NCBI GenBank assembly: GCA_041650995.1
Contig: JBAZJZ010000001.1
Span: forward strand, 427,302 to 491,301
DNA from: Patescibacteria group bacterium
GTDB taxonomy: Bacteria; Patescibacteriota; Patescibacteriia; XYB2-FULL-38-15
Length of the DNA: 64,000 nucleotides
Direction: 5' to 3'
Shown: positions 40,099 through 51,106 of the stretch, in pieces
Position numbering within the stretch: the stretch's first letter is position 1
Layout of the letters: each line of letters opens with the position of its first letter
Position numbers and translations under genes: made by a program
Notes under the pieces: model-generated
Seen by the model: the letters and a program-made list of their open reading frames with translations, nothing else
Told to the model about the DNA's origin: nothing
Databases searched by the model: none

Positions 40099-40818
40099 CT
40101 ATCCCTTTGCCAACGCTAAACCCAAGACTTCTCTTGCCCCGACGTTTTTCAAAACCCTCGCGCATGCTTCCATGGTCGCACCGGTTGTAAAGACATCATC
40201 TATTAAAATGATTTTTTGATTTAAAATTTTTGATATATCAACCGCTAAAAAAGCTTCTCTCATATTTTCTTTTCTCCCAGCCCCATCCAAACTAACCTGC
40301 GACGCGGTCAGCCTAGAACGCGCTATAACATCTTTTTCCACGGAGCAACCAAAATATTCTGAAATTTTTAAAGCAAGCAATTCGGACTGGTTAAATCCTC
40401 TTTCCAGTAATCTTTTTTTGTGCAAAGGAATCGGTGTAATAAAATCAGGTTTCCCCACCTGCCCCTCAACTTTTTTCAATTCTCTAAATAAAAGTGCGCC
40501 AATCGGCAGAGCTAACTCTTCCACAAATCTATATTTCATCCCATGAATCAAATTTTTTATAACCCCGTTATTGTAAGAATAGAGAGTAATAATTTTATCT
40601 AAATTTTCACCACGAGTAAAATGTATGTCTGGCATTATTTTTTCAAAACAACTTTCACAGAGCCACTCTCCTTCTCTCCCGCAACCCAAACACTCGATCG
40701 GAAAAATAATATCAAAAATAAACTTTTTGACTCGAGCCAATCCAAAAATCATTTCCCCTCCACGGATTGTTAAAATTATTAACCAACAATTATTGCTGCA
40801 CCCATTTTGCTTCGTCAA
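40099..40818 (-). CDS. comFC: ComF-family protein (zinc finger plus phosphoribosyltransferase domain)
   Basis: CLGC...C..C N-terminal Cys pairs. PRTase motif IILIDDVFTTGATM. Confidence 0.7.
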   Translation of the reverse strand: MTKQNGCSNNCWLIILTIRGGEMIFGLARVKKFIFDIIFPIECLGCGREGEWLCESCFEKIMPDIHFTRGENLDKIITLYSYNNGVIKNLIHGMKYRFVEELALPIGALLFRELKKVEGQVGKPDFITPIPLHKKRLLERGFNQSELLALKISEYFGCSVEKDVIARSRLTASQVSLDGAGRKENMREAFLAVDISKILNQKIILIDDVFTTGATMEACARVLKNVGAREVLGLALAKG

Positions 40819-41413
40819 CCTTCCATTCGCCGTTCACTTTTTTAAAAATCAATTCCAAATCTTCATAATTTATAGTTGAGCTGTCCGCCATGCTTCCGGA
40901 CGATTCTCGACGCTGAGTCCCGACCGTAATTTCTGCCATGCCAGACCCTTCGTCAATTGATACTATATTTACGGAAATAGCTTTGGTGGTTATTCCAAAA
41001 TAAGCTGAGCTATCGCCGGATGATATTTTATTCTGTTGTATAAAATTATCTGTTTCGACCCACATCTTTTCTGTCATTAAAGATTCCAAATCCAGAAGAT
41101 TTTCAAAATTTCCCTGATTTGAGTAACTGCCGTATCTTTCTGCAAAAGCTGCGGCTAGACGCGAGATGGACGATCTTAATTTTTCTTCTGCGGAAGCCTC
41201 CGGGACGGTAGCGCTAACAGTCGTGCTATTGGGCAACGCAATCGGCGGTAAGGCCACAACATTGACATTCGTTTTTGTTGTCGGAGATTGCGGCGCGAAA
41301 TTTTCTCTTAAAAAAAGCCAATAAAATAAAGCTAAAATAACTAAAATGCCAACAATCACAATTAAAATTTTTTGTTTCCGAGACATAATATTTTTATAAT
41401 TAACAGTTATCAA
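40790..41413 (-). CDS. membrane-anchored secreted protein of unknown function (T4SS-operon associated)
   Basis: N-terminal TM helix. The last gene of the minus-strand operon, downstream of the virB4-like gene. Confidence 0.35.
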   Translation of the reverse strand: MITVNYKNIMSRKQKILIVIVGILVILALFYWLFLRENFAPQSPTTKTNVNVVALPPIALPNSTTVSATVPEASAEEKLRSSISRLAAAFAERYGSYSNQGNFENLLDLESLMTEKMWVETDNFIQQNKISSGDSSAYFGITTKAISVNIVSIDEGSGMAEITVGTQRRESSGSMADSSTINYEDLELIFKKVNGEWKVDEAKWVQQ

Positions 41414-41426
41414 TTAAGAAACATCC

Positions 41427-43340
41427 TTATTTGCCTTCTGTGGCCATTTTTTCATCAAATTCTTTTTTTGCGGCTTCAATTTCCAGAAGTTGCCTTGGAT
41501 CGGAAGTAATCAATTGATCCTCGGAATATGAAGCAACTACTTTAATTGCCGCGTGTTTGGCGCCAGCAAAGAAAATCCCTTCTCCAACTCCACACTCCAG
41601 AAGCAGATATTTTTCTCCTTGAGTTAATAAAAAGGTTTTTTGTATCAAATCAATGGAAGCTGGAGATTGTTTCAGGAGTAATTGAAGGGACGAGTTTGTC
41701 ACAATCGCCTGACCGTACGGCGAAGTCAAAAAGTCGTTGACGTCTTGGGTAATAGTCGTAACTCCTAAATAATATTTGCGGCAACGCTTAACCAAGGCAA
41801 AAATAAATTTCGCGCTGTCTTCGTGCTGCATCAGCCACCAGGCCTCATCAACCACAAGAACTCTCTTCTTTCTTTCTGAACGGACGACATTCCAAATAAA
41901 ATTGACGACGTTGTAAATAGCGATCGGCCGCAATTCATCTTCTAAATCGCGCACGGAAAAAATTACTAAAGGATTTTTAACGTCGATCGTGGTGGGCGAA
42001 TTTAAGAGACCGGAAAAAGTTCCTTCGGTAAATTTTCTAAGCCGTTCAACCAAGCTTTCCGCGCCAGTCATACCTTCTAAAATATTTTGCAAATCTTTCA
42101 TTACCGGCGGATCAATTCCCATTTTTAAATCCGTATCGGCCGTAATATCTTTTTTCGCGTAAGTTTCAATTAAAGCCCGATCTAAAATAGAATCTTCTTC
42201 CGGAGAAAAAATAAGTCTGCCGCCTTCGCCCGGCCGCGCAAGCATTAACCGCAAAAGACCTTTTAGGGTAATCACCGCGCTTCTGATAATATCTTCCGCG
42301 CTCACCTCTTCTCCAACCGGCCGCGGCAAATCAAATGGATTAATTTTTGATTCCGAAGCCAGGGAAATATTGACATAAGCCCCGCCCACCGCGTCGGAAA
42401 GATGTTTATATTCCATTTCCGGATCAATGACAAGGACCTCCACGCCCATCATCAAGGAGCGCAGTACTTCTAGTTTGATGGCATAACTTTTACCCGCGCC
42501 GGAAGTGGCGAATACCACGGCATTGGCATTTTGCAAAGAAAATCTATCAAACAAAATTAGACTGTTATTGTGACGGTTTATTCCGTAAAGAATTCCATTA
42601 TCAGAAGTCAGCTCCGCCGACATAAAGGGGAAAGACGAAGCAATCGGCGACGAATTCATGTTAAAGGTAATCATTAATTCGTCATTGCCGAGTGGCAGAG
42701 TTGAATTAAATCCTTGTTCCGCCTGATAAAAAACTCGTTTGGTGTAAATTAATTTTGAACCGAAGATTGATTCAATTTCTTCGGAAACTTTGTCCAATTC
42801 TTCTTTGCTCCCGGCATAAATTGTGACGTAAAGAGCAAATTGGAAAAAATGTTCAATTCCCTGTGTTAAATCGTCGCGTAATTGTTCAATGTCCCGAAGC
42901 GCCGTTTCGCGTAATGGATCGCGCGGCGCGCCTTTTTCGGCGTCGGATAAAATTTGCGCTTCAAGCGCTCCGGCTTTCTTCTTTAATTGTTTCAAAATTA
43001 TTTCTGCCTTAACCGGGTAAAAAAACATTCCCACGTCAACGGTCGTATTTAAATTAATAATCGGCGTAAACCAACCAACGCTGATATAACGAGGATAAGT
43101 AATAACAAATATAGTCCTGACGAATTTATCGCCAAGTAAAATGTGCGACGACTCCACTTTCATTGATGCCGGAGCGATCAAATCCTGGACAGATACAACG
43201 CCCTTACGGTAAATTCTTTCTTCTTCCAGGACGATTTTTTCTTCTTCTAAGCGACGCTTCTGCTCTTCTGGAGAAACGGGCGGCGGCGCGGCAGTTTTTT
43301 TCCGCTGAATTGCTGCGGCTGGTTTAAAAGCCATGATCAA
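41427..43340 (-). CDS. virB4: VirB4/TraC/TrsE-family type IV secretion ATPase
   Basis: Walker A VVFATSGAGKSYAIK and Walker B KRVLVVDEAWWLM with family-typical spacing. 637 aa. Confidence 0.8.
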   Translation of the reverse strand: MIMAFKPAAAIQRKKTAAPPPVSPEEQKRRLEEEKIVLEEERIYRKGVVSVQDLIAPASMKVESSHILLGDKFVRTIFVITYPRYISVGWFTPIINLNTTVDVGMFFYPVKAEIILKQLKKKAGALEAQILSDAEKGAPRDPLRETALRDIEQLRDDLTQGIEHFFQFALYVTIYAGSKEELDKVSEEIESIFGSKLIYTKRVFYQAEQGFNSTLPLGNDELMITFNMNSSPIASSFPFMSAELTSDNGILYGINRHNNSLILFDRFSLQNANAVVFATSGAGKSYAIKLEVLRSLMMGVEVLVIDPEMEYKHLSDAVGGAYVNISLASESKINPFDLPRPVGEEVSAEDIIRSAVITLKGLLRLMLARPGEGGRLIFSPEEDSILDRALIETYAKKDITADTDLKMGIDPPVMKDLQNILEGMTGAESLVERLRKFTEGTFSGLLNSPTTIDVKNPLVIFSVRDLEDELRPIAIYNVVNFIWNVVRSERKKRVLVVDEAWWLMQHEDSAKFIFALVKRCRKYYLGVTTITQDVNDFLTSPYGQAIVTNSSLQLLLKQSPASIDLIQKTFLLTQGEKYLLLECGVGEGIFFAGAKHAAIKVVASYSEDQLITSDPRQLLEIEAAKKEFDEKMATEGK

Positions 43341-43359
43341 TTAGATAGTTATTAATTTA

Positions 43360-44037
43360 TTATTCCACTTGGATTTTATCCACATCCGCTAATTTTTCCG
43401 TCTCGGCAAGCTCTGGATTATAAATATTATAATAAAGTTCAATCAAGCTCTGCGTGTCCAATATAACGGAAGTGAGGCCCATCCCTGAAAGCAACATCTG
43501 GACATGTTCAACGCGGGCAAAAAGATCTCTCCGACGACGTTTAAAGGTTTCCGAACCAAGGCGCAAAACCGCACCCGGTCGCAAAACCTCACTAAACCTT
43601 GACCAGAATCCTTTTCTTTTATCTGATAGCGGATCGTATGGAACGGTAACATAAAAACGTTTACTCATAATATCACCCATTTCCACTAACTCTCTAACAT
43701 ATTCACGATAATCGGCAATTTGAATTTTGAGTAATTCATTTGTCTGTTCTTTTTCCGCTTGCTTTAATTTTTCTAAATATCCGTCAATATTTAACTTTCT
43801 TGATTGAATAACAATCTGCAAGGGAAATTCCAGGGCGTTTAAAAAAGAAACATACGCCGCAATAATGGCGTTCTGTTCATCTTCCGACTTTAAGGCAAAA
43901 TTGATACTTGAAACTAAAAGCACGGCGCGCAGGGTTCCGTCTTTCAAAATAACGCTGTCTTCTCTGATTTCAGCGATGTCGAGACGCGCGCGGCTTGCTA
44001 CCCCCGCTTTCGCCCCGGCAAGTTTTTTCGACTGCAT
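43360..44037 (-). CDS. hypothetical protein in the T4SS-like operon
   Basis: 225 aa, no TM. Operon context only. Confidence 0.3.
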   Translation of the reverse strand: MQSKKLAGAKAGVASRARLDIAEIREDSVILKDGTLRAVLLVSSINFALKSEDEQNAIIAAYVSFLNALEFPLQIVIQSRKLNIDGYLEKLKQAEKEQTNELLKIQIADYREYVRELVEMGDIMSKRFYVTVPYDPLSDKRKGFWSRFSEVLRPGAVLRLGSETFKRRRRDLFARVEHVQMLLSGMGLTSVILDTQSLIELYYNIYNPELAETEKLADVDKIQVE

Positions 44038-44045
44038 AAAATAAT

Positions 44046-44471
44046 TTATTCGCCTTTATATACTCCGCCCGTATTTACAATTAATGATAATTCCGCCAAT
44101 TTTGTAGCCACCATGCGTTCTTTAACCGGCCTCGGTGGGATTATTTTAACTTCTTCTTTTTTTAAAAATTGCCTCAGTTCGTCTGCAGTTGATTCTTTAT
44201 TCCAAACTCTTAATTTGGGTCGGCGCGTAGTTTGGATAAGATTTAGAAGAAAAAAATGAAATGGCTGGCCATTAACTTTAATGAAAGCCAATACTATGCC
44301 TAACCCAAAAACAGGAATACCGAAAGCTAAAAAATAAAAAAAAGTAAGAAGTTTATAGGCAATAAATAAAATAATCGTTACGGCTAAAAGAATGATAAAC
44401 TGACGGGAAGTAATTGGCCCGATTATTTTATCTTCCACGTCAATAAATTGAGGGATGACAAACTGCTGCAT
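44046..44471 (-). CDS. small two-TM protein, PrgI/VirB3-like by position and topology
   Basis: 141 aa. VIPQFIDVEDKIIGPITSRQFIILLAVTIILF is followed by a second TM. Directly upstream of virB4, as VirB3-like genes usually are. Confidence 0.35.
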   Translation of the reverse strand: MQQFVIPQFIDVEDKIIGPITSRQFIILLAVTIILFIAYKLLTFFYFLAFGIPVFGLGIVLAFIKVNGQPFHFFLLNLIQTTRRPKLRVWNKESTADELRQFLKKEEVKIIPPRPVKERMVATKLAELSLIVNTGGVYKGE

Positions 44472-44556
44472 ACATTACCTTGCCACATTGTTAACAATTT
44501 AATCATTTAGCAATTTAACAATGTGTTTACTATTAACTTTATTATATCATTTTTCT

Positions 44557-46167
44557 TTAATACCTCAAAGCGCGGTTTAGCTCCATTATCGCCTTATATT
44601 CTTCAACAGTAAGTATCAGTTGACCCGCTGCCTGACGACTGGAAATGATCTTATCCACAGGCAATCCTTTTTGCAGACTTTCACGGCCAATTTCAAGATA
44701 AATTTTATTAACTTCCGATTCTTGCCAGGCCTTAATGCCAGCTATTCTTTTAGCAAACGTTTCTCTTTCCAGAAGCTCTATTTTCTCCTTAACTTTCGCC
44801 GCGGCTAAAACAGGGTCGGGAGAAAGCCGTCTCCAATCAACTAAAGTCATCTCTCGAAGTTCTTCGACGGGGCCAACAAGTTTCGGCACGTATTTTACGT
44901 CATCAAGCCGCGGCCGATTATCTCTTGGAGGGATTGGCCTTCGCATCTGCTGTTGCGGAGAAACGGGTTTAAAAATCTGAAGCGGTTTTGGTTTTTCTTC
45001 TTCTGGCAAATCAAACGGTGTTTTTGATGGACGAGGAGATATACCCAACGATTCTTTTTGAGTAGAAGGCGGCGCGGGGAGGTTTTCCGCAATAGACGGC
45101 GGAGGAGCTTTGGATATTTTAGGAAGCTCTCCGACCGCTTTTACCTGCACGCCAATGGGCGGCGCGACTAACTCTTCTGGCACTTCCATGGACGGCGGCG
45201 ATGCCTTTCTTGTAATTTCCCGCCAGCGGACATCCATTTTATTTTTTATTTCATTAATTGTTTTTTCTTTAACCTCTCCTAATTTTATTTTCTCTTCATC
45301 TGTGGCTATTTTTATTTTCTGAAGCTCTGTTTCTTTTATCTTATCTCCCAATTGCTGAAATCTCTTGCGCGCCAAAACGAGAATTTTTTCCACTTCCCCT
45401 GACGTCAACGGAATTCCTGCCGGACCAGCCGCTCCACTCAAAGTTTCTTTAGTTTCAAAACCGTCGCGAATATCTTTAAAATGAGTCAATAAAATTCTTT
45501 CCAATTTTTGACGCGCTTCCTCGGATAACGACACTCCGCTCGCCGCAATAATTTCTTTAATAATTTTATTTGTTTCAGCTGGTTTGGTGCCAAGAGAAAT
45601 TTTTGGCAATCTATCTTTCGCCGCTAAAATTTCCGCCTCATCGGTTGGGGAAAAAACAAATTCCGCCACTCCGGGCGGCAAAGCCGACATTGGCTTCTTG
45701 GCTGGCTCCGGGACCCTTTCTTTGATCATGCCCCTTGCCGGCAATGGCTCTCTCCCGGCGGGAATGCGTTTTTTCTCCGCTTCGACCGACGTTGATTCTC
45801 GCGGTTTTACAGTTCCAATTAATTTAATAACCAAGTCTGCCTGCTCTGGTAAAATTCCGAGTCCTCCTTGATCAACTTGCTTCGCTAACGCGCTTTTAGT
45901 TTCAAATTTATCTCGAATGTCTCTCGAGTACGCTTCAACAATTTCCGTAAATCTTTCTTTTAAATCTTCTGCCAAAACAAGGCCACTCTTCCCTAAAACT
46001 TCCTCTGCCAATTTTGATACTGGCACCGCGGCTCGAGCTTTTGGCTTTTCCGCCAAATCATAAAGTTTGCCGCCTCGTAAAATTTTAAACTTGCCGGTTG
46101 GGTCTTTAATGATAATTTCATCTCCAAAATCGGCCATGCCAAAATATTTAATTTTTATTAACTCCAA
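44557..46167 (-). CDS. hypothetical Pro/Lys-rich protein in the T4SS-like operon
   Basis: 536 aa, low complexity. Operon context only. Confidence 0.35.
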   Translation of the reverse strand: MELIKIKYFGMADFGDEIIIKDPTGKFKILRGGKLYDLAEKPKARAAVPVSKLAEEVLGKSGLVLAEDLKERFTEIVEAYSRDIRDKFETKSALAKQVDQGGLGILPEQADLVIKLIGTVKPRESTSVEAEKKRIPAGREPLPARGMIKERVPEPAKKPMSALPPGVAEFVFSPTDEAEILAAKDRLPKISLGTKPAETNKIIKEIIAASGVSLSEEARQKLERILLTHFKDIRDGFETKETLSGAAGPAGIPLTSGEVEKILVLARKRFQQLGDKIKETELQKIKIATDEEKIKLGEVKEKTINEIKNKMDVRWREITRKASPPSMEVPEELVAPPIGVQVKAVGELPKISKAPPPSIAENLPAPPSTQKESLGISPRPSKTPFDLPEEEKPKPLQIFKPVSPQQQMRRPIPPRDNRPRLDDVKYVPKLVGPVEELREMTLVDWRRLSPDPVLAAAKVKEKIELLERETFAKRIAGIKAWQESEVNKIYLEIGRESLQKGLPVDKIISSRQAAGQLILTVEEYKAIMELNRALRY

Positions 46168-47426
46168 TCAAATTCTTTTTTCTCCAAATCGAAGTAAACT
46201 ATTCCTTGATATTTTTCTCCCGCTCCTTTTTTAGCCAAAGCATTAAAAATTTGCATGCCGAGGCGGCCTGAATCGTCATTTGTCATTCCCGCGACATCCT
46301 TTAGGAGATATTGCAAAAGAACGCTCACGTATTGCGCCGCCCGCGGATTTGTTTTAAAACCACTCAACTCCGAGGACCGACCCATTTTTTTAAGATAGGA
46401 GGTCACCATCTCGCCAAACCTTTTATCATCCAATAATTTTTCCAACTTTCCTTCTTCAGCTAAAACTTTTAAAATCGCTGCGAGCTGGATTCGATTCGCC
46501 GCCCGCCCAGGACCGGGAATAGCGTGAAGTAGGGCGTCAACCATTTTTTTAAAATCTCCGCCCGTGGCTTTCTGAATTTTTTTCATTTCCGCTGCAATTT
46601 TTTTCTCTTCTGTTTCATTTCCCCTATATTTAGCTTGAACCTCATCTTTAATATCAGTCGTAGTTTCAATGCTCTGGAGCTCAACGACTTTATCTCTTAT
46701 TTCTTTTCCAATTCTCTCGGTTATCCCCTCTTCATAAGCGTCAAGCGCGCCGTCCACTTCAAAAATCATTACTTCCTCCATTCCCCCGAACTCGATGGAT
46801 GATTCTTTTGTTTTTTCGTAAAATTTTAAAAGATAATCAACCTTGCGCCGGTCTTCTTCACTCAATTTTTTTGTGTTCGCGCTATTGATTAAATATTGCG
46901 ATAATTGCACAATTTCCACTTTTCCCGAACCCAAAGTCTGGCGAGCGTCCGCTAACCAAGCTTTTATTGTTCCCTTAACTTCCGCGCCACCCAAAACAAC
47001 CCCGCTACCAGTCAAAGATTCTTCATTGGCGGAAAACGCCGCGCCAATTTTCTTTTTAAAATTATCTCTATCTTCAAATTTTGCTATAGCTATTAATTTC
47101 GTTTTTATTTTTCTCCAAAGATCATAATCAGGAATTTCAAAAATTAAAGTAAAATTTTCTTGCAAAAGATTAATTATTTCCTCCGCATCAAGCGTTGGAA
47201 GGGCGATAAACTTTGCTTTTATAAATACTTCTTGATAAGTCAATTCATCCTCCGGCTGCTCTATTGCGCTCGATGATAAATTTTTTTCCAAAAAATCAAC
47301 CAAAGCCCGCGCTTCACGAACCAAATCAAAAGTGATAGCCCGCTCCGCGCGCCATTTTATTGCTTCAAGAATTTTTGGACTATTGAAATCAATCATAAAA
47401 AAAATTATTTTTGCACTTCCTGCCAA
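46158..47426 (-). CDS. hypothetical protein in the T4SS-like operon
   Basis: 422 aa. Its ends overlap the neighbouring genes, which suggests translational coupling. Confidence 0.35.
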   Translation of the reverse strand: MAGSAKIIFFMIDFNSPKILEAIKWRAERAITFDLVREARALVDFLEKNLSSSAIEQPEDELTYQEVFIKAKFIALPTLDAEEIINLLQENFTLIFEIPDYDLWRKIKTKLIAIAKFEDRDNFKKKIGAAFSANEESLTGSGVVLGGAEVKGTIKAWLADARQTLGSGKVEIVQLSQYLINSANTKKLSEEDRRKVDYLLKFYEKTKESSIEFGGMEEVMIFEVDGALDAYEEGITERIGKEIRDKVVELQSIETTTDIKDEVQAKYRGNETEEKKIAAEMKKIQKATGGDFKKMVDALLHAIPGPGRAANRIQLAAILKVLAEEGKLEKLLDDKRFGEMVTSYLKKMGRSSELSGFKTNPRAAQYVSVLLQYLLKDVAGMTNDDSGRLGMQIFNALAKKGAGEKYQGIVYFDLEKKEFDWS

Positions 47427-48490
47427 ACTTCATCCGCTCCTTCCGGTTTATTTTTTATTTCATCAAGATATTTTTTGAGAGCCGCGACAAATGATTCAGA
47501 CAAACCCAAGCTCACTAATTCTTTCTCAGATTTTGCTAAAACCGCCGCGGCAGCAGGATTAAAATTATTTTGCGCTAATTGTTTTTCAAAAACTTTGGCG
47601 TGAAGCGTGAGAATTAATTTTCCCTCCAAGCCAAGCTTAAAATCGCCCGCGGCCAAATTTCCTTTTTCGCGCGGCGTAAAATATCCGTAAGCAGCCGGGC
47701 CAAAATGCCGCGCCGCGACTTCCGGTCTAATTTTTTGAACTACCCAAAGCACGGCGGCCAAATGATCTTTCTCTTCAAGCTCATGCCAAATTCTCGCTTT
47801 TCTCCCGACAGAAAAAGCTAATGCCCAATTATTTTGATTCGCGGCAAGCGAAGAAATTTCCTGCTCTAAAGCATAAACTTTTTGCTGAAATAATAAATTA
47901 TCATAAGCTTTTTCACCCGAAATCGGTCGGTCGCCAATAATCATTTCATTAAAAAATTGATGCATGCCCGAAACACTCGACGGATAACCGTAGAAATTTA
48001 AAATTCCTCCCATATCTCCTGTCACAGCGATTTTTTTCAATACCGCGCCGACTCCGGCCAAATCGTTTTTTGCCAAAAATGATTTTAAATTTTCCAAAAG
48101 TTCTTCTGTCTTTGTTCCAGAAATTGTTTTATCTGCTCTCGCTTCGTTTTCTCTTCTTGCTACATCTTCTTCAATTAAAATCGGGGCGATGGCCGCCATT
48201 GTTTCCTCCCATTCTTTTTCCGCTGTTTCTTTTTGTTTTTTAGCTTCGTCTTTCCGACGCGCCAGCTCCGCCTTTCTTTCCTCCTCATTCATTTTCAAAA
48301 TTTTCAGTTGCTCCTCGGCCAAAGCCGCTTCTTCTTCTGTTTTTTTCAGTTCTGCGGTAACTTCTGCTTCTGACATTTTTTCAAATATCTTTGCTTCTTC
48401 CAAAACTTTTGTAAAAAAATCTCTCTCCTTTCCCGGAGGTAGAGATTTAATTTGGTCTTCCATTTCTTTAATTGTGTTTATACCAGCCAT
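47405..48490 (-). CDS. hypothetical coiled-coil protein in the T4SS-like operon
   Basis: 361 aa, charged N-terminal coiled coil. Confidence 0.35.
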   Translation of the reverse strand: MAGINTIKEMEDQIKSLPPGKERDFFTKVLEEAKIFEKMSEAEVTAELKKTEEEAALAEEQLKILKMNEEERKAELARRKDEAKKQKETAEKEWEETMAAIAPILIEEDVARRENEARADKTISGTKTEELLENLKSFLAKNDLAGVGAVLKKIAVTGDMGGILNFYGYPSSVSGMHQFFNEMIIGDRPISGEKAYDNLLFQQKVYALEQEISSLAANQNNWALAFSVGRKARIWHELEEKDHLAAVLWVVQKIRPEVAARHFGPAAYGYFTPREKGNLAAGDFKLGLEGKLILTLHAKVFEKQLAQNNFNPAAAAVLAKSEKELVSLGLSESFVAALKKYLDEIKNKPEGADEVWQEVQK

Positions 48491-48495
48491 ATTTT

Positions 48496-51039
48496 TTACG
48501 AAGTTTGGACCTTGGCGGCTTTAGCTGCCTTAATCCTCTCAAACTCAGCAATTGCCGCCTCTGGACCCTGCTTTTTCCAGACCTCTCCCAGTTTATCGTA
48601 GTTATTAAAATCCTTCTCCTTTATTAGCTCTGCCATTTTTTGAGATAAACTTTTTTCTAAAGTAGATTCGGCACTCTTGACTGCTTGTTCTAACTGCTGT
48701 TTATATGATTTTCCAAAAAATTCCTGCGCCCCCTTAACCTTTTCTGCACCAGCCGCTTGCTCAATAGACTTTAATTCTACATCAATGTTTTGAATAACCT
48801 GTTGATCTTGTTTAATATCAACATCAATCTCTTTTTGTCTTGTTTCTAAATCAAACTTTTTATCTCGTTCAGCCGGCGTTAAAAATCCACCAGGAGCAGA
48901 CGCTTTTTCTATTAATTTATTCAACTCAAGCTGGTTATTTTTCTTCTCATTAGACAATCGAGAAATGCTCTTTTCTGCGTCGTCCCTATCCGATCTTGCC
49001 GCGTCGCGCGCCGCATCCGGATTTTCCAACCTCAACTTAACTTTTTCCAAATTACTTGCGTCGATTTTCAACTTATCTTCCAATTTTCCTTTTTCCAAAA
49101 TCCACTGGCCTTCCAATTTTTGAGCGGCGCTAACTCCGCCCTTTTCCTTGAAAAATTTTTCTAAACCCTTCCTCTCCTTATCAACATCAATATCTGATAA
49201 ATTTTGATTATATAATTCTTGATATCTTTGCTGCCTCTCTTCTGGCGTCATCGGCGTCTTTTTTTCTTCCTCGGCAACTTGCATTTCTGCGCGCTCATTC
49301 GCTAAATCTTTCCTCAATGCAGCATCGCTCATACCCTGCCTTTCACGAGATTTGGCAATACCTTGAATTCCTCTCTCTAATCCAAACACATCTGCCTCTC
49401 CCCGCCTGACTTTAAGTTCCAATCCATCCCTTTCCGCAATCTGCCCGGCCGCCTGCCTCTCGCCAATCGCTGCTTCAGTTCTCTGTTTTAATCTTTCCGC
49501 CTGCAACGGATCAACCGACCGCATTTCCGAAGCCGCCGCGCCGGCCAAACTATCCGCCGCGCGCCGCACTTTTCCCTGCGCTTCTTTGCCGCCCAAAGTC
49601 GCTTTAGCCATTTCCCATCTGCTCATTTTGGAAGCGGCTCGCGGATCAATAACCGAAGCCAAAAACGCCCGGCCGCCGGCCATACGCTCGGCAGTTTTTG
49701 CCATACCTTCTGCTTCGCGCATCGCGGAAATATTTTTTCTTCTCTTTGCCCTTGCCTCTTTTCTCCGCTCGGAAAAAGGCAACGCCACGCCGGTTTTGGC
49801 ATATGTAAGTTCTGAAACCTGACCCGCGCCAAATTTTGCCGCGCCTTTTGTCCCACGCCAGGCCAAACCAACTCCGCCTTTTGCCCCTCTCCAGGCTGTT
49901 CTAAACGGGGCAGTCCCCGCTCTTCTTAATCCCGACAAAGCCGCGCCAGCCGCGCCAGAGCCAATAATCCCTAACTTTTGTGTAAACATTAAACCAACTA
50001 AAAGCATCGTCACTCCAACCACAAGCGATGATAAATTATTATATTTTCCAATGTCACCCAAACCATTGGCCGCGTCCAGCGCCGTGGAATCAACTCCTAT
50101 TTCTGTATTAGCCGTTCCCCCGCCGGCCACAATCAAGGCCAACCAAATAAAAAAAGCTAAAATCGGCCCAGAAATTACATATTTAGAAAATTCATCCCAC
50201 CATTGTTTGGCATATTGCTGGCCTTGCGGAAAAGAAGCCAAAAGATATGCCAAAGGCGAGAGCACTATTAGGGTCCAAAGAATAACAATTCTCGCCACAA
50301 GCACAACCATCAAAACTCCTACGGTTATAGTCGCGATTAGAACGACAATCAAGGCTAAAAAAGCTGTACCCACCAAATCCCACTGCTGGTCAGCCGCACC
50401 CGCCTCATTAGCAAGGGTCTCAAAACTAAACATCTGATTAATGCCGAGTGCCTGAAAAAAATTCGCCCCGGCCGCGGCCTGAAAAGCATTCACAAAAGTC
50501 AGCATGATGACTTGCGCGAAATCGATGATAATGCCGCAAATTGTTTTGCTGAAGTTAATTAAAACTGCCATCAACAAAAGTTTTGGCAGTAATTTTTTGT
50601 ATGAATATGCTTCAACCCGCAAAATTGTGGCAATGGAAATTACAAGTAAAATCAAAATGAAAAACATATTGGCCAGGTCGCGAACAATTACCCAGCCGGT
50701 GACGACCGCCGTGGCATCCAAAAAATTATTATACGCCGCCACTTGAACCAACATTCCCACTACCCAAGTAAAAAGTTTACCCAAAAGTTTAGCTAATCCG
50801 CCAAGCAGATTGATCATTATTATATCAAAACTGGCAATGGCGTTTTGAATGCCCTCTGAAACTTCTGAAATACCCCAAATTGCAAGTGCTCCCGCTCCAA
50901 CCCAGCCAAGCGCTCTGGCAGCCCCTGCTTCTGCCGGTTTAGAAAAACTGAAAAGGCCAAAAAGCAAGATCCCTGCGAATCCGACCAATACTAAAATTGT
51001 CACCAAGACTCTTCTTTTTGGGCTAAAAAATTCAAACAT
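48496..51039 (-). CDS. VirB6/TrbL-like polytopic membrane protein with a long C-terminal coiled-coil tail
   Basis: At least 7 TM helices in the first ~350 aa, then a Gly/Ala-rich linker and a ~400-aa charged coiled coil. This is the architecture of VirB6-like proteins in Gram-positive-type T4SS. Confidence 0.5.
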   Translation of the reverse strand: MFEFFSPKRRVLVTILVLVGFAGILLFGLFSFSKPAEAGAARALGWVGAGALAIWGISEVSEGIQNAIASFDIIMINLLGGLAKLLGKLFTWVVGMLVQVAAYNNFLDATAVVTGWVIVRDLANMFFILILLVISIATILRVEAYSYKKLLPKLLLMAVLINFSKTICGIIIDFAQVIMLTFVNAFQAAAGANFFQALGINQMFSFETLANEAGAADQQWDLVGTAFLALIVVLIATITVGVLMVVLVARIVILWTLIVLSPLAYLLASFPQGQQYAKQWWDEFSKYVISGPILAFFIWLALIVAGGGTANTEIGVDSTALDAANGLGDIGKYNNLSSLVVGVTMLLVGLMFTQKLGIIGSGAAGAALSGLRRAGTAPFRTAWRGAKGGVGLAWRGTKGAAKFGAGQVSELTYAKTGVALPFSERRKEARAKRRKNISAMREAEGMAKTAERMAGGRAFLASVIDPRAASKMSRWEMAKATLGGKEAQGKVRRAADSLAGAAASEMRSVDPLQAERLKQRTEAAIGERQAAGQIAERDGLELKVRRGEADVFGLERGIQGIAKSRERQGMSDAALRKDLANERAEMQVAEEEKKTPMTPEERQQRYQELYNQNLSDIDVDKERKGLEKFFKEKGGVSAAQKLEGQWILEKGKLEDKLKIDASNLEKVKLRLENPDAARDAARSDRDDAEKSISRLSNEKKNNQLELNKLIEKASAPGGFLTPAERDKKFDLETRQKEIDVDIKQDQQVIQNIDVELKSIEQAAGAEKVKGAQEFFGKSYKQQLEQAVKSAESTLEKSLSQKMAELIKEKDFNNYDKLGEVWKKQGPEAAIAEFERIKAAKAAKVQTS

Positions 51040-51106
51040 AATTAGTCTGTTGTTCTTTTACTTCTTCTTTGTAATATTATACTACAAAAATTGATGCAAG
51101 CCAAAT